Shown in pieces: positions 52,094 to 64,000 of a stretch of 64,000 bases of DNA. This stretch comes from the human T2T-CHM13v2.0 reference genome, Homo sapiens. Within the stretch, counting starts at the first letter, position 1. Every line of letters starts with the position of its first letter. Below the pieces are notes generated by a model. The model saw only the letters and a program-made list of their open reading frames with translations. It was not told where the DNA came from and did no database searches. Location: NCBI RefSeq assembly GCF_009914755.1, contig NC_060947.1, one strand, 5' to 3'. The position numbers were made by a program, and so were the translations under genes.

Positions 52094-55000
52094 CTCGGAC
52101 CACAGCACAGTCAAATTAAATCTCAAGATTAAAAAATTCACTCAAAACCACACAACTACATGGAAACTGACCAAGCTGTTCCTGAATGGCCTTTGAGTAA
52201 ATAATGAAATTAAGGCAGAGAACAAGAAGTTATTCGAAACTAATGAGAATAAAGATACAACATACCAGAATTTCTGGGACACAGCTAAAGCAGTGTTAAG
52301 AGGGAAATTTATAGCACTAAATGCTCACATCAAAAAGCTAGAAAGATCTCAAGTTAACAAGCTAACATCACAACTAAAAGAACAAGAAAATCAAAAGCAA
52401 ACAAACCCCAAAGCTAGCATGAGACAAGAAATAATCAAGATCAGACTTGACCTGAAGGAGTCACAGACATTAAAAAAAAAAAAAGAACTTAAAAATCAAT
52501 GAATCCAGGAGCCATTTTTATTGAAAAAAATAAACTAATAAAATAGACTGCTAGATAGACTAATAAAGAAGGAAAAAAGAGAACATTCAAAAGAACACAA
52601 TCAGAAATGATCAGAGGGATATCATCACTGATGCCGTAGAAATACATCAACCATCAGAGAATACTATGAACACCTCTATGCACATAAACTAGAAAATCTA
52701 GAAATAAATGGGTAAATTCTTGGACACATACACTCTCCCAAGACTGAAAGAGAAAGAAATGGAATCTCTGAATAGAACAATAATGAGCTCTGAAACTGAG
52801 GCAGGAATAAGTAGCCTACCAACAAGTGTATTAAGATAAACAACTGAATTCTACCAGAGGCACAAAGATGGGCTGGTACCATTCCTACTCAAAGTATTCC
52901 AATAAACTAAAAAAGAGAGACTCCTTTCTAACTCTTTCTATGAGGCCAGTATCATCCTGATTCCAAAACCTAGCAGAGATACAACAAAAAGAAAAAAACT
53001 TCAGGCCAATATCCTTGATAAACACTGATGCAAAAATCCTCAAGAAAATACTGGCAAAGTGAATTTAGCAGCACATTAAGAAACTTATCCACCAAGGTCA
53101 GTAAGTTTCATCCTCGGGATGCAAGGTTGGTTCAACACACTCAAATCAATCAATGTGCTTCATCATATTAACATACCTAGAGACCAAAACCACATGATTA
53201 TCTCAATAGATGCAAAGAAGAAAACTTTTGAGAAATTTCAACATCCCTTCATGTTAAAAGCTCTCAGTAAACTAGGTATTGAAGAAACATACATAAAAAT
53301 AATAACAGCCATATATGAAAAACCCACAGCCAACATTATACTGTACTGTCAAAAGTTGGAAGAATTCCCCTTGAAAACTGTCACAAGACAAGGATGCCCT
53401 CTCTCACCACTCCTATTCAACATAATTTTGGAAGTTTTGGCCATGGCAATCAGGCAAGAGAAAGAAATAAAGAGTATTCAAATAGGAAGAGAGAAAATAA
53501 AACTATCTTTGTTTGCAAATTACATGATCCTATATCTAGAAATCCCCATTGTCTCAGCTCCAAACCTTCTTAAGCTGTTAAGCAACTTCAGAAAAGTCTC
53601 AAGATACAAAATCAATGAGAAAAAAAATGCTAGCATTTCTACACACCAACAACAGGCAAGCCAAGAGCCAAATCACAAATGAACTTCCAATCAAAACTGC
53701 CACAAAAAGAATAAAATACCTAGGAATATAGCTAAAAAGGGAAGTGAAGGACCTCTTTAAGGAGAACTACAAACCACTGCTCAAAGAAATCAGAGAAGAC
53801 ACAAACGGAAAAATATTCCATTTATAATGTCAATATAGGAAAAATCAATATTATTAAAAATCAACATTGCAAAAAATCAATATTGTTAAAATGGCCATGG
53901 ACATACTGCCCAAAGCAATTTATACATTCAATGCTATTCTTATTAAACTACTATTGACATTCTTCACAGAATTAAAAAAAAATATTTAAACATTCATATG
54001 AAACCAAAAAAGTGCCGAAATAGCCAAAGAAATCCTAAGCAAAAAGAACAAAGCTGGAGGGATCATGCTACCCAACTTCAAACTATACTACAGGGCTACA
54101 GTAATCTACGCAGCCTGGCACTAGTACAAGAGCAGACACATAGACCAGTGGAACAGAATAGAGAACCCATAAATAAGACTGCACACCTACAACCATCTAA
54201 TCATTGACAAACCTGACAAAAACAATCAATGACAACAAAATTCCCTATTTAATAAATGGTGCTGGGAGAACAGGCTAGCCATATGCAGAACATATAATCT
54301 GGACCCTTTCCTTAAACCATATACAAAAATCAACTCAAAATGGATTAAAGATTTACATGTAAAATTTAAAACTATAAGAACTCTGGAAGAAAACCTAGGC
54401 AATAGCATTCAGGAGATAGGCATGGACAAATATTTCATGATTAAGATGGCAAAAGCAATTGCATCAAAAGCAAAAATTGACAAATAAGATCTAATTAAAC
54501 TAAAGAGCTTCTGCACAGCAAAAGAAAATATCAATAAACAACCTACAGAATAAGAGAGAATTATTGCAGTCTATCTATCTGACGAAGTTCTAATATCTAG
54601 CATCTATAAGGAACTTAAACAAATTTACAAGAAGAAAAAACCAACTTCATTAAAACGTGTGCAAAAGAAATGAACAGACATTTTCAAAAGAAGACATACG
54701 TGCTGCTGACAAACATATAGAAAAAAAGCTGAATATCACTGATTATTATTAAAATGCCAATCAACACTACAATGAGATATCATCTCACACCTGTCAGAAT
54801 GACTATTATTAAAAACTCATAAAACAACAGATGTTGGCAAGATTGTCAAAAAAAGAGAAATGCTTCTACAATGTTGGTGGGAGTGTAAATTAGTTCAACC
54901 ATTGTGGAAGACAGTGTGGTGATTACTCAAATACCTAGAGGCAGAAATACCATTTGACCCAGCAATCCCATTACTGATTATATACCCAAAGGAATAGAAA

Positions 55001-55513
55001 TCATTCTATTATAAAGATACATGCATGTGTATGTTCACTGTAGCATTATTCAAAATAGCAAAGTCCTGGAATCTACCTAAATGCTCATCAATGAAAGACT
55101 GGATAAAGAAAATGGGGTATATATATATCATGGTATACTTTGCAGCCATAAGGAGGAATGAAATCATGTCCCGTGTAGGCACATGGATGAATCTGTAGGC
55201 CATTATCCTTAGCAAACTAACACAGAAACAGAAAACAATATGCCCTGTGTTCTCACTTATATGTGGAAGCTGAATGATGAGAACACATGGACACATGGTG
55301 GGGAGCAACACACACTGGGGCCTGTTGGAGGGTGGAGGATGGGAGAAGGGATAACATTAGAAAGAATAGCTAATAAATGCTGGGCTTAATACCTAGGGAT
55401 GGAATGATCTTTGTAGCAAACCACTATGGCATACACTTACCTATGTAACAAATCTACACATCCTGCACATGTACCCCTGAACTTAAAATAAAATTTAGAA
55501 ATAAAAAAAGAAA
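52094..55513 (+). mobile_element. 5'-truncated L1PA10-type element
   Basis: ORF2 RT peptide 53119-53682; 3'UTR gaatagctaat..gctgggcttaatacctagg..gtacccctgaacttaaaataaaa. Confidence 0.85.
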
Positions 55514-55719
55514 TGATTTACATATTAAAATATACTATGGATTTTTAAATGCCAGAAATTTAATACTTTTTTTAATTTGAGAATTTTTCAATATTTCTTT
55601 TATATATTAGGTTAATTTTCTAATCTAGATGATTGTTAGAATACTAAATATTTCCTTTATAAGTTCTAATTTGTTGCCATGGGTTTTCCACACTTTAATT
55701 TTGCAATTCTTCTTACTAT

Positions 55720-56040
55720 TTTTTTAAAAAGTTGATAAATAATATTTGTACAAGTTTATGGAGTATATGTGATATTTGATACATACCTGCAATATATAAT
55801 GATCAAATCAGGGTATATAGGATATTCATAACCTTGAAAATGAACCATTTCTTTGTGTTGGAAATATTTCAAATATATTCTAGTTATTTGGAAACATACA
55901 ATATATTATTGTATATTAACTATAGTTATCCTATTAACTATTAATTATTAACTATTAACCACAGTTAACTATTAACTATAGTCACCCTACTGTGCTATCA
56001 AACACTAGAAATAGTTCCTTCTACCTAACTGTATGTTTCT
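55720..56040 (-). mobile_element. L1MA4-6-type 3' fragment with TATTAAC micro-repeats
   Basis: ataatgatcaaatcagggta..ctatagtcaccctactgtgctatcaaacactagaa. Confidence 0.65.
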
Positions 56041-57138
56041 CTCTCACTGCTGAGGTTATATTGCTTTTCTCATTACTAATCTTGTATAATTTTGTATTCT
56101 CTCTCTTTTAAAAATTATTTAGTGGCTTATCTATTTTAATTACTTTAATCATAGTAATAGCTTTTTGTTTTAATCATTCTTCTGTTTTTGAAATCTCATT
56201 TTTGCCTCATTCTCATGCTAAGAGAAAAGAGAGTGAATAAAAGCATTTGTATGTATATATACAAATGATTACTATACAGAAATGAAAATTAATGAACTGT
56301 ATCCTGGGCCACTAAATGTAGCTCACAGCATTAATTTATCTTCAAAAAGAAATCTTAATTTATTAAATATAACATTAAACTTATTTTTTTCATTTTTAAT
56401 TTGTGTGGGAACATAGATGTATATATTTATTGGGTACATGAGATATTTTGATACAATAATGTAATGCACAAAAATCAGGTCAGGGAAAATGGAGTAACCA
56501 TCACCTCAAGCATTTATCTTTTCTGTTATAAGCAACCCAAATACACTCTTTTAATTATTTTTAAATGTGTAATTAAATGATCATTGACTATGATCATACT
56601 GTTGTGCTATCAAATAATAGTTCTTATTTATTGCTTCTAAATACTTTTTGCAGCCATTAAGCATCCTTACTCCTCCTCCTCACTGCCTCTAGTAAAAGTT
56701 ATTCTACTTTCTGTCTAGATGAGTTCAATTGTTTTAATTTTTGCCTCCCACCAATAAGTGAGAACATGCAAAGTTTGTCTTTCTGTGCCTGGCTTATTTT
56801 ACTTAATGTAATGATCTCCAATTTAGTCAATGTTGCTCTAAATTACTACATGACATTCTCTTTTATGGATAAATAGTACTCCATGGTGTAGATGCACCAT
56901 ATTTTCTTTATACATTCATCTGTTGATGGACACTCAGGTTGCTAGCAAATATTTGCTATTGTGAATAGTGCTACAATAAACATGGCAGTGCAGATACCAC
57001 TTCCATATACTAATTTATTTTCTTTTGGATACATACCTAGGAGTGGTACTGCTGGATTATATGGTAATTAAATTTTTAGTTTTTTTGAGAAACTTCCTAA
57101 ATATTGTTCATAGTGGTTGTACCAATTTACAATCCCAT

Positions 57139-58889
57139 TGATATGGTTTGGGCTGTGTTCCCACCCAAATCCCATCTTGAAATATAGTTCCCATAATCCC
57201 TACAGGAGAATTATGTCATGGGAGGGACCTGGTGGGAGGTAATTGAATCATGGGTGTGGGTTTTTCCTGTTCTATTCTTGTGATAGTAAATAAGTCCCAC
57301 AAGATTTGATGATTTTATAAAGGGCAGTTGCCCTGCACGTGCTCTCTTGGCTACCACCATGTAAGACATGCCTTTGCTACTCCTTTGCCTTCTTCCATGA
57401 TTGTGAGGCCTCTCCATCCATGTGAAACCTGGACTCCATTAAATCTCTTTTTCTTTATAAATTACCCAGTGTCGGGTATGTCTTTATTAGCAGTATGAGA
57501 ACATATGAATGCAGTAAATTGGTGCCAGTGATACAGGAGATAAAAAGAAATTATTTAGGCAGATAGTGAGGGCAAAAGAGTCCTCAGCAGAACTTCCCTT
57601 CTAATAAAAAGCAGCTCAATAAATCACTTCTTGTCTGACAAAGCACAGCCTGAAAAGATCGTGCTGCAAACATAGATAAGGAAGCTGGAAGTTTGCACAG
57701 GGGGATGCCAGCAGCTGCACAGATAGAAAGAGCTACCTGGGGCCAGGCATGTCCACGATGGGGGTTCCACCTCCCATCTTTTTTTAGCACATGCACAGTA
57801 AGAACGAAATAAGGAACATGGAGTTGCTACTCATCTGCATAATAAAAGATTGGGGTGGGGCCTGCCAGAGATTTATGCCCTATGCAGATGGCACACCTGG
57901 TCCTAACCAGTTTTTTTCACCCTATGTAGATCAGATACCACCTTCCCACTAGCTCCTCTATAAAAAAAAAAACCTTGCATTTCACTACGCATCAGTAACC
58001 AATTTTTCTGGAAACTCTCTCTGCAGCAGATAGCTATTACCTTTCTTTTGCCTATTAAAATTCTGCTTTAAACCTCAACCTCTGTGTGTGTTCTCGTCCT
58101 TGATCTCCGTAGCCATGAGATCAAGAACCTCAGGTGTCACCCCAGAAAATGAGGCCATATTACCAGGTAGTAGGATGCTGCTTTAAAGATACTCAAAAAT
58201 GTGAAAGCAACTTTGGAACTGGGTAACAGGCAGAGGTTGGAACAGTTTGGAGGGATCAGAAAAAGATAGGAAAATGTGGGAAAGTATGAAACTTCCTAGA
58301 CTTGTTGAATGGCTTTGACCAAAATGCTGATAGCAATATAAACAATGAAATCCAGGCTGATGTGGGTACAGATGGAGATGAGGAACTTTTTGGGAACTGG
58401 AGCAAAGGTGACTCTTGTTATGCTTTAGCAAAGAGACTGGTGGCATTTTGTCTCTCTCCTAGAGATCTGTGGAACTTTGAACTTGAGAGAGATGATTTAG
58501 GGTATCCAGAAAAAAAAAATTCTAAGTGGCAAAGAGTTCAAGAGGAAGCAGAACATAAACATAGGGAAAATTTGCAGCCTGACAATGCAATAGAAAAGAA
58601 AAACTCATCTTCTGGGGAGAAATTCAATCCTACTGCAGAAATTTGCATAATTAACAAGGAGCCGAATGTTAATCACCAAGTCAACAAGGAAACTGTCTCC
58701 AAGAAATGTCGGAGACATTTCCTCCTGAGGCCTAGGAGGAAAACTTGGTTTCATAGGTCAGGCCCAGGGCCCCCCTGTTGTGTGTAGCCTAGGGACTTGG
58801 CACCCTGCATCCCAGATGTTCCAGCTCTAGGTAAAAGGGACCAAGGTATTGCTTGGACCATGGCTTCAGATGGTGCAAGCCCCAAGCCT
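57139..58889 (+). mobile_element. 3'-truncated THE1B (5' LTR 57139-57513, internal 57514-57528 and 58167-58889)
   Basis: THE1B LTR motifs; MaLR internal ORF remnant 58302-58787; no 3' LTR. Confidence 0.88.
57529..58162 (+). mobile_element. ERV1 solo LTR, MER50-like
   Basis: tgatacaggag..aagaaattatttaggcagatagtgaggg start, TATAAA and ATTAAA signals, perfect 4-bp TSD ccag (57525-57528/58163-58166). Confidence 0.8.
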
Positions 58890-60147
58890 CTCTGCCATTT
58901 AAATGTCTTTTTTTAAAGAAATGTTTATTCAGATTTTTTGCTGAATATCAGATTATTAGAGTTTTTCTATGAAGTTGTTTCAGCTCCTTATACATACTGG
59001 TTATTAATACCTTATTAAATCAGTAGTTAGCAAATATTTTCTCCCATACTCTGAGTTTTCTTTTCATTTTGTTTATTGTTTTCCTTGCTTTACAGAAGCT
59101 TTTTAACTTCATGTGATCTCATTTGTTCATTTTTGCTTTGGTTGCCTATGCTTGTGGGGTATTCTTCAAGAAATATTTGCCCACTCCAATGTTTTGGAGA
59201 GTTTCACCAATGTTTTCTTTCAGAAATTTTATAGTTTGATATTCTAGATTTAAGTCCTTAATCATTTTTTTCTTTGTGTATATTTATGCAGAGAGAGGTC
59301 TAATTTCATTCTTCTGCATAGCTATAGATATAGATAGATAAATAGATCTCTTTATATACATATATATAAGATATATCCATATAGACATAGATATATTTCC
59401 TCAATGCATGTTCTTGACATCTTTGTTGAAAATGAGTCCCCTGTAGGTGTGTGGATTACTTTCTGGGTTCTCTATTCTGTTTCATTGGACTATTTGTCTG
59501 TTTTTTATGCCAGTACCATGCCAATTTCGTTACTATATTTCTGTAGTATAATTGAAAGTTATGTAGTATAATTTCTCGAGTTTTGTAAATTTTTCTCGTG
59601 ATAGCTTTGACTATTCTAGGTCTTTTGTGGTTCCATATAATTTTTTGGATTTTTTTTTTAGTTTCTGTGAAGAATGTCATTGGTATTTTGATAGGAACAT
59701 CATTGAATTTCTAGATTACTTTGTGCAGTATGGACATTTTAACAATATTTATTCTTCCAATTTATAAATATGAAATATCTTTTCAAGTTGTGTGTCTTTT
59801 TCAATTATTTAATTAATGTTTTATGGTTTGCATTCTAGAAATCTCTTACTTTTGTGGTTAATTCCCATGTGTTTTATTTTATTTGTAGCTATTGTAAATG
59901 GGATTAATTTCTTAATTTTTTTCAGATTGTTCACTGTTGGCATATAAAAATTCTGCTAATTTTTATGTTGATTTTGTATCTTTCACGTTTTCTGAATTTG
60001 TTTATCCATTTGAATTGTTTTTTGATGGAGTCTTCAGATTTTTCCAAATATAAGGTTTTACCATCTGCTTTTCTTGGATACGATTCAGAAGAATTCTCTG
60101 GATTATCAGTCGAAGACTCTTGTTCTCTTCCCTTGCTTTTTTTGGAA

Positions 60148-60149
60148 TC

Positions 60150-60183
<34 letters not shown>

Positions 60184-60186
60184 ATT

Positions 60187-60223
<37 letters not shown>
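60148..60223. repeat. (TC)n-(GT)16 compound microsatellite
   Basis: Directly visible. Confidence 0.95.
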
Positions 60224-60224
<1 letters not shown>

Positions 60225-61626
60225 ACGCTGAGCCGCCTGGAAGTGGTAGTGAGGTGATACAAGCAGCCCTGTGACCACCACCATTGAGACTGTCCTTATT
60301 CAGACTTGAAGGTAGCACATCACTGGGTCTTCCCCAAGACTCACAGTAACCACTACCTGGCTATGGCCTATATTTACTCAAGGACCTATGACTGTATAAT
60401 CAGCAGGTGGCAAAGCCAGCCAGTCTTGTGTCCCTCCCTTCAGGGCAGCACAATTCATCCAGGCCGCAGGCAGCTCCAAAGATGCCATCCAGGATCCAGG
60501 AACAGAAGTCAAAAACCTTTGAAATCTACCCAGTGCCCTATTTCTGCTGTGGCTAAGCTGGCACTCAAACCTCAAGACTAAGTCTTTCTCACTCATTTTT
60601 CCCTTTTTTACAGGCATAGGAGCCTCTTTCAATGGCTGCCACCACCAAAGACCCATGGTGAGTATTCCCTGGCTACTGCTAATATTCACTTAAGGCCCAA
60701 GGACTCGTTATTCAGCTTGTGGATAATGCTGCCAGGCCTGGGATGCATTAGTCGGGGCAGTGCACACCCATCTGGAACAGGGTATGTCCAGAAATGCCAT
60801 CCAAGAGACAAGGCCTGGAATTGGGAACCCCAAGAGCCTGCTTAGTTCTCTACCACTGTGACAGAGCTGGTACCTGAAGTCAGCACCTTTCAGCATCTCA
60901 CTCAAGGCCCACAGAATTCTACTTGAGTATTCCTGCTGATACTTTAGAGTCCAAAGGCTCTTTATTCATGAGGTGATGAATCCTGCTAGGACTAGGTTCT
61001 TTCTCTCAAGGCAGCAGGTTTTCTTCTAGCCCAGGGTGTGTCTGGGTATATTCTTCAGGATGGAGGCCCTGGAAAGTGGGCCTCACAGCTCTGCTGGTGC
61101 CTTCTACTACTATGGCTGAGCTGGTATCCAAGATGCAGGACAAATTCCTCTTTACTTTTCTCTCTTCTTTCATCAGGTTAAAGAAAGTGTCACTTTTGTT
61201 GCTGCTAGCTGTTCTGCCTAGAGTTTGGGGAGGGTTGGCATAAACACTGCTTTAGCTTCCTTGGCTCTTGCCTTAATAAGTTATGTGTCCCCATCCCCAC
61301 ATTGGCTGGCTCTGAGCCCAGTACACACTAAGGCATGCCTAGGAATTGCAGTCCTTGTGTCCTAGACTGCCTTTAAAGTTTACTCAGAGCCCCAGCGAGA
61401 CTTAGTTCACAGTGGTGAGGTTTTCCAAAGCTCAATTTCTGACCACTGGGATGGACAATTTTCCTTCAGCTGGGGCTTGTCTAAGTGCTCCCTCTGTGTA
61501 TGTTTGTCAACTGTGTAATTAGTTGTATAATTATCTTGTGAAGTCAAGTTACTTTGTATTTTTAGACAATAGTTGAAAAACAACATATGGAAGATGTGAT
61601 CTTTAAAAGTTCTTCTTCCAGCTTAC

Positions 61627-63263
61627 ATTTGTTTCAGTATGACCTTAATTTGTTTTCTGTATAATAAAAAATATTTTGTGCTGTTACTTGTTTTCTTAAT
61701 TATATAACATTTTATCAGAGTTATCTTTGTCCTGTTGGAAATATATATAAAACAGGTCTAGGGAAACGCAGCTGGTTAGAATGCAAAACCCTTTTACAAC
61801 AGAGAAACGTCGCTATAGAACTGCATTTTGTGAGCACATGGCCTTCATGCTAAATCCTGCACTTTTTTCTTAGTTAATTTCACTTGTACCTTGGCGACTA
61901 TTATGCAGAATGATCCATACACTTAAAATTTTTCATTTAATTGCCATGGAAATTTGATAATTTTATCTTAAAAACGGGTTGAAGAAAACTCAGGAAGAGC
62001 TCTGATTACTGACAACTGGAAAAAAAATCTTGATTAAAGCACTTCCCCCATGAAAATAGGACCTCTTGAACTTTGGAAGAGCTGATTACTGAAGGCCATT
62101 CTTTGAGGAATGCATAACCGTACCTTATAATTTTTCAGAAATATTCAAGTGAAAAAGTGGAGACGTCAAAACAGACCTTTAACAGTGTAATTTAGTGAAA
62201 CGTTGGCAATAGCTTATTTCAGTTCCTCTCTAAAATAAAGTGCCAAAATATGCAAACTACTTTTCAAAACGATGGTAGTTTGTAAGAAATGTCTGTTAGC
62301 TGTCATCACCAATAAAGCTTACCATGGGAAAAAAATTAACCTGGAGAATCACAGAAGATTCATTGTTCTCTTTTTAAGAGGCATAGTGTATATTAATCAT
62401 TGGGAATCCGGTGGCTTTCTTTGTTCCACTTTTAATTATTTAAAACATCATAGCTTCAATAATTGCATGATTATTCATCATTACTACACATATCACTAAA
62501 TTTAGCTTTAAAGGTCTTTCAATATTGACTTAGTATTATAAACTCGTTTTTCATATGACACAGAAAATATTTACCTATTGCAATTTTTTGCTAAGGTCTT
62601 AATTTTGAAATGACCAAATCAATTTTATTTTATTTAAAATGTCTTGTCTGTGCTTTATAGGGCAATACAAATACAATAAATAAGCACCTGTAATGCCTGG
62701 AGTCATTTTAGATGCTGGTGCCATGGGTTAAACCTGTGCTTGAAATATGTTTCTTAATTTCAGCATCTGGCATGAGTGACAGGAAAATTTTCTGTCTCAA
62801 TAACAACTATATGATTTTTCACCATTTTATTTCCAGAAAATTGGAAGCTCTACACTATTCTCATCAAAATTAATAAATAAATATAGGTATTAACATTTTA
62901 TACTATAAACATTTAGTGTGCAAATTATGGACACTTTAATACTGTTTGAATATATTACAGTTGCTATTGACTCCAGATCCTCAATAAGTTGAAAGTATTG
63001 TTGTGTAAATCCAGTCTTGGTGGGCAATTCAGGGACAGAAATGGCAGTACAATCCATGGTTTGCTTTCACATTGCCAGTCGACATGGATTTCTAAAAGGT
63101 TTTGAAAATTATGTTGGAACATGCAACTAATAGTGTACACAATACTTCTAGAGCTAATTGAGCAATTATGTATTTGAACCAAGAATAATCCTATTGGAGA
63201 AGCTAATTTAAGAAGACTCTAAGAGTGTTTTTCTTTTACCCTGTGATATCAGAAACCATGTGC
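61627..63263 (-). pseudogene. Cluster of eight candidate exons of a putative unprocessed pseudogene (unidentified)
   Basis: AG|exon|GT units at 63240-63263, 62959-63091, 62823-62854, 62575(or 62688)-62733, 62323-62340, 62124-62229, 61890-62015, 61627-61731; most introns 89-158 nt; first four join in phase with two TGA stops. Confidence 0.45.
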
Positions 63264-63291
63264 CTATCCAAGACGATAAAAAGAAAGCTTA

Positions 63292-63347
63292 GATTCATAG
63301 AACCTTAAACTTGGAAGGGATCCTAGAAGTGGAACCCATGTTCCGTT
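63292..63347 (-). mobile_element. MIR-like fragment
   Basis: tcatagaaccttaaacttggaagggatcctaga resembles the MIR core. Confidence 0.4.
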
Positions 63348-63361
63348 CTTTTTATGACATC

Positions 63362-63977
63362 TGTCAACAAAAAGAGTCAAACCCTGTAAAATATTTGAAG
63401 AGATTTATTCTGAGCCAAATATGAGTGACCATAGCTTGTGACACAGCCCTCAGGAGATTCTGAGAACATGTGCCCCAGGTCATTGGGGAGCAGTCTGGTT
63501 TTATACAATTTAGGGAGACATGAGGCATCAATCAAATACATTTAAGATATACATTGGTTTGGTCCAGAAAGGCAGAACACCTCAAAGCAGGGGGGTTTCC
63601 AGGTTATAGGTAGATTTAAATTTTTTGTAACTGGCAATTGTTTGAAAGAGCTATCAATAGAAAGGAATGTCTGAGTTTCAATAAAGAGGTTGTGGAGAAC
63701 AAAATTTTCTCATCCAGGTGAAGCCTCCTTGTAGCAGGCTTCAGAGAGAATAGATTGTAAATGTTTCTTATAAGACTTAACGTCTGTGTTGATGTTAAAT
63801 GCTGGTTGGCTTTTTCTAAATTCCAAAAGTGGGGAGGACATAATGAGGCATACCCTACCCCCATTTCCAACCATGACCTAAACCAGTCTTTCAAGTTAAA
63901 TTTTAGAGTGCCCTAGCAGAGGAGGGAGTCCATTCAGATGGTTGCAGGGGGTCTTTAAATTTTATTTTTAGTTTACA
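63362..63977 (-). mobile_element. MER4A/B-family ERV1 solo LTR
   Basis: TGTAAAC..GACA ends on minus strand, motif aaatatttgaagagatttattctgagccaaatatgagtgacca; perfect TSD catc (63358-63361/63978-63981). Confidence 0.88.
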
Positions 63978-64000
63978 CATCTCTAACAGATGATCATAGC

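Larger units (their letters stand above)
56385..61505 (-). mobile_element. L1MA2/3-type element interrupted by THE1B, with a large deletion at ~60067 joining ORF2 to the 5'UTR
   Basis: 3' end 56385-57138, ORF2 58890-60067, 5'UTR 60068-61505 similar to 19380-20850. Confidence 0.8.

Noticed and set aside
59931-60318. ORFs with HT/ER/SL/CV dipeptide runs
   Set aside because: Translations of the (TC)n(GT)n microsatellite
61657-61687. 31-nt intron (and a 35-nt one at 62653-62687)
   Set aside because: Too short for mammalian splicing; flanks were treated as single exons or alternative boundaries
61627-63263. Assigning a gene symbol to the exon cluster
   Set aside because: I could not match the peptides to any protein I recognise; naming needs a database search

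Overview
AT-rich simian primate (human-like) genomic DNA, mostly nested transposable elements. L1s dominate (old L1M types through a full-length L1PA5/6). There is also a two-LTR ERV1 provirus, five THE1 (MaLR) insertions, MER50- and MER4-type solo LTRs, MER5A, a Ricksha MULE and a single Alu fragment. No intact protein-coding gene is supported; nearly all supplied ORFs are repeat-derived. Two things are not explained by the repeat annotation. (1) A series of minus-strand candidate exons with canonical splice sites sits in the non-repeat islands (densest at 61.6-63.3 kb, also 51.1 kb, 42.0 kb and 1.0-1.5 kb). Several join in phase into a reading frame with few stops, suggesting a decayed multi-exon gene (unitary pseudogene) that I cannot name. 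(2) Three independent local inverted-duplication/template-switch scars lie between 28.5 and 37.4 kb, including a broken ~0.9-kb palindrome whose second arm preserves the empty site of the full-length L1. Repeat subfamily names come from recalled consensus motifs, and identities were counted by eye; both need RepeatMasker/alignment confirmation.
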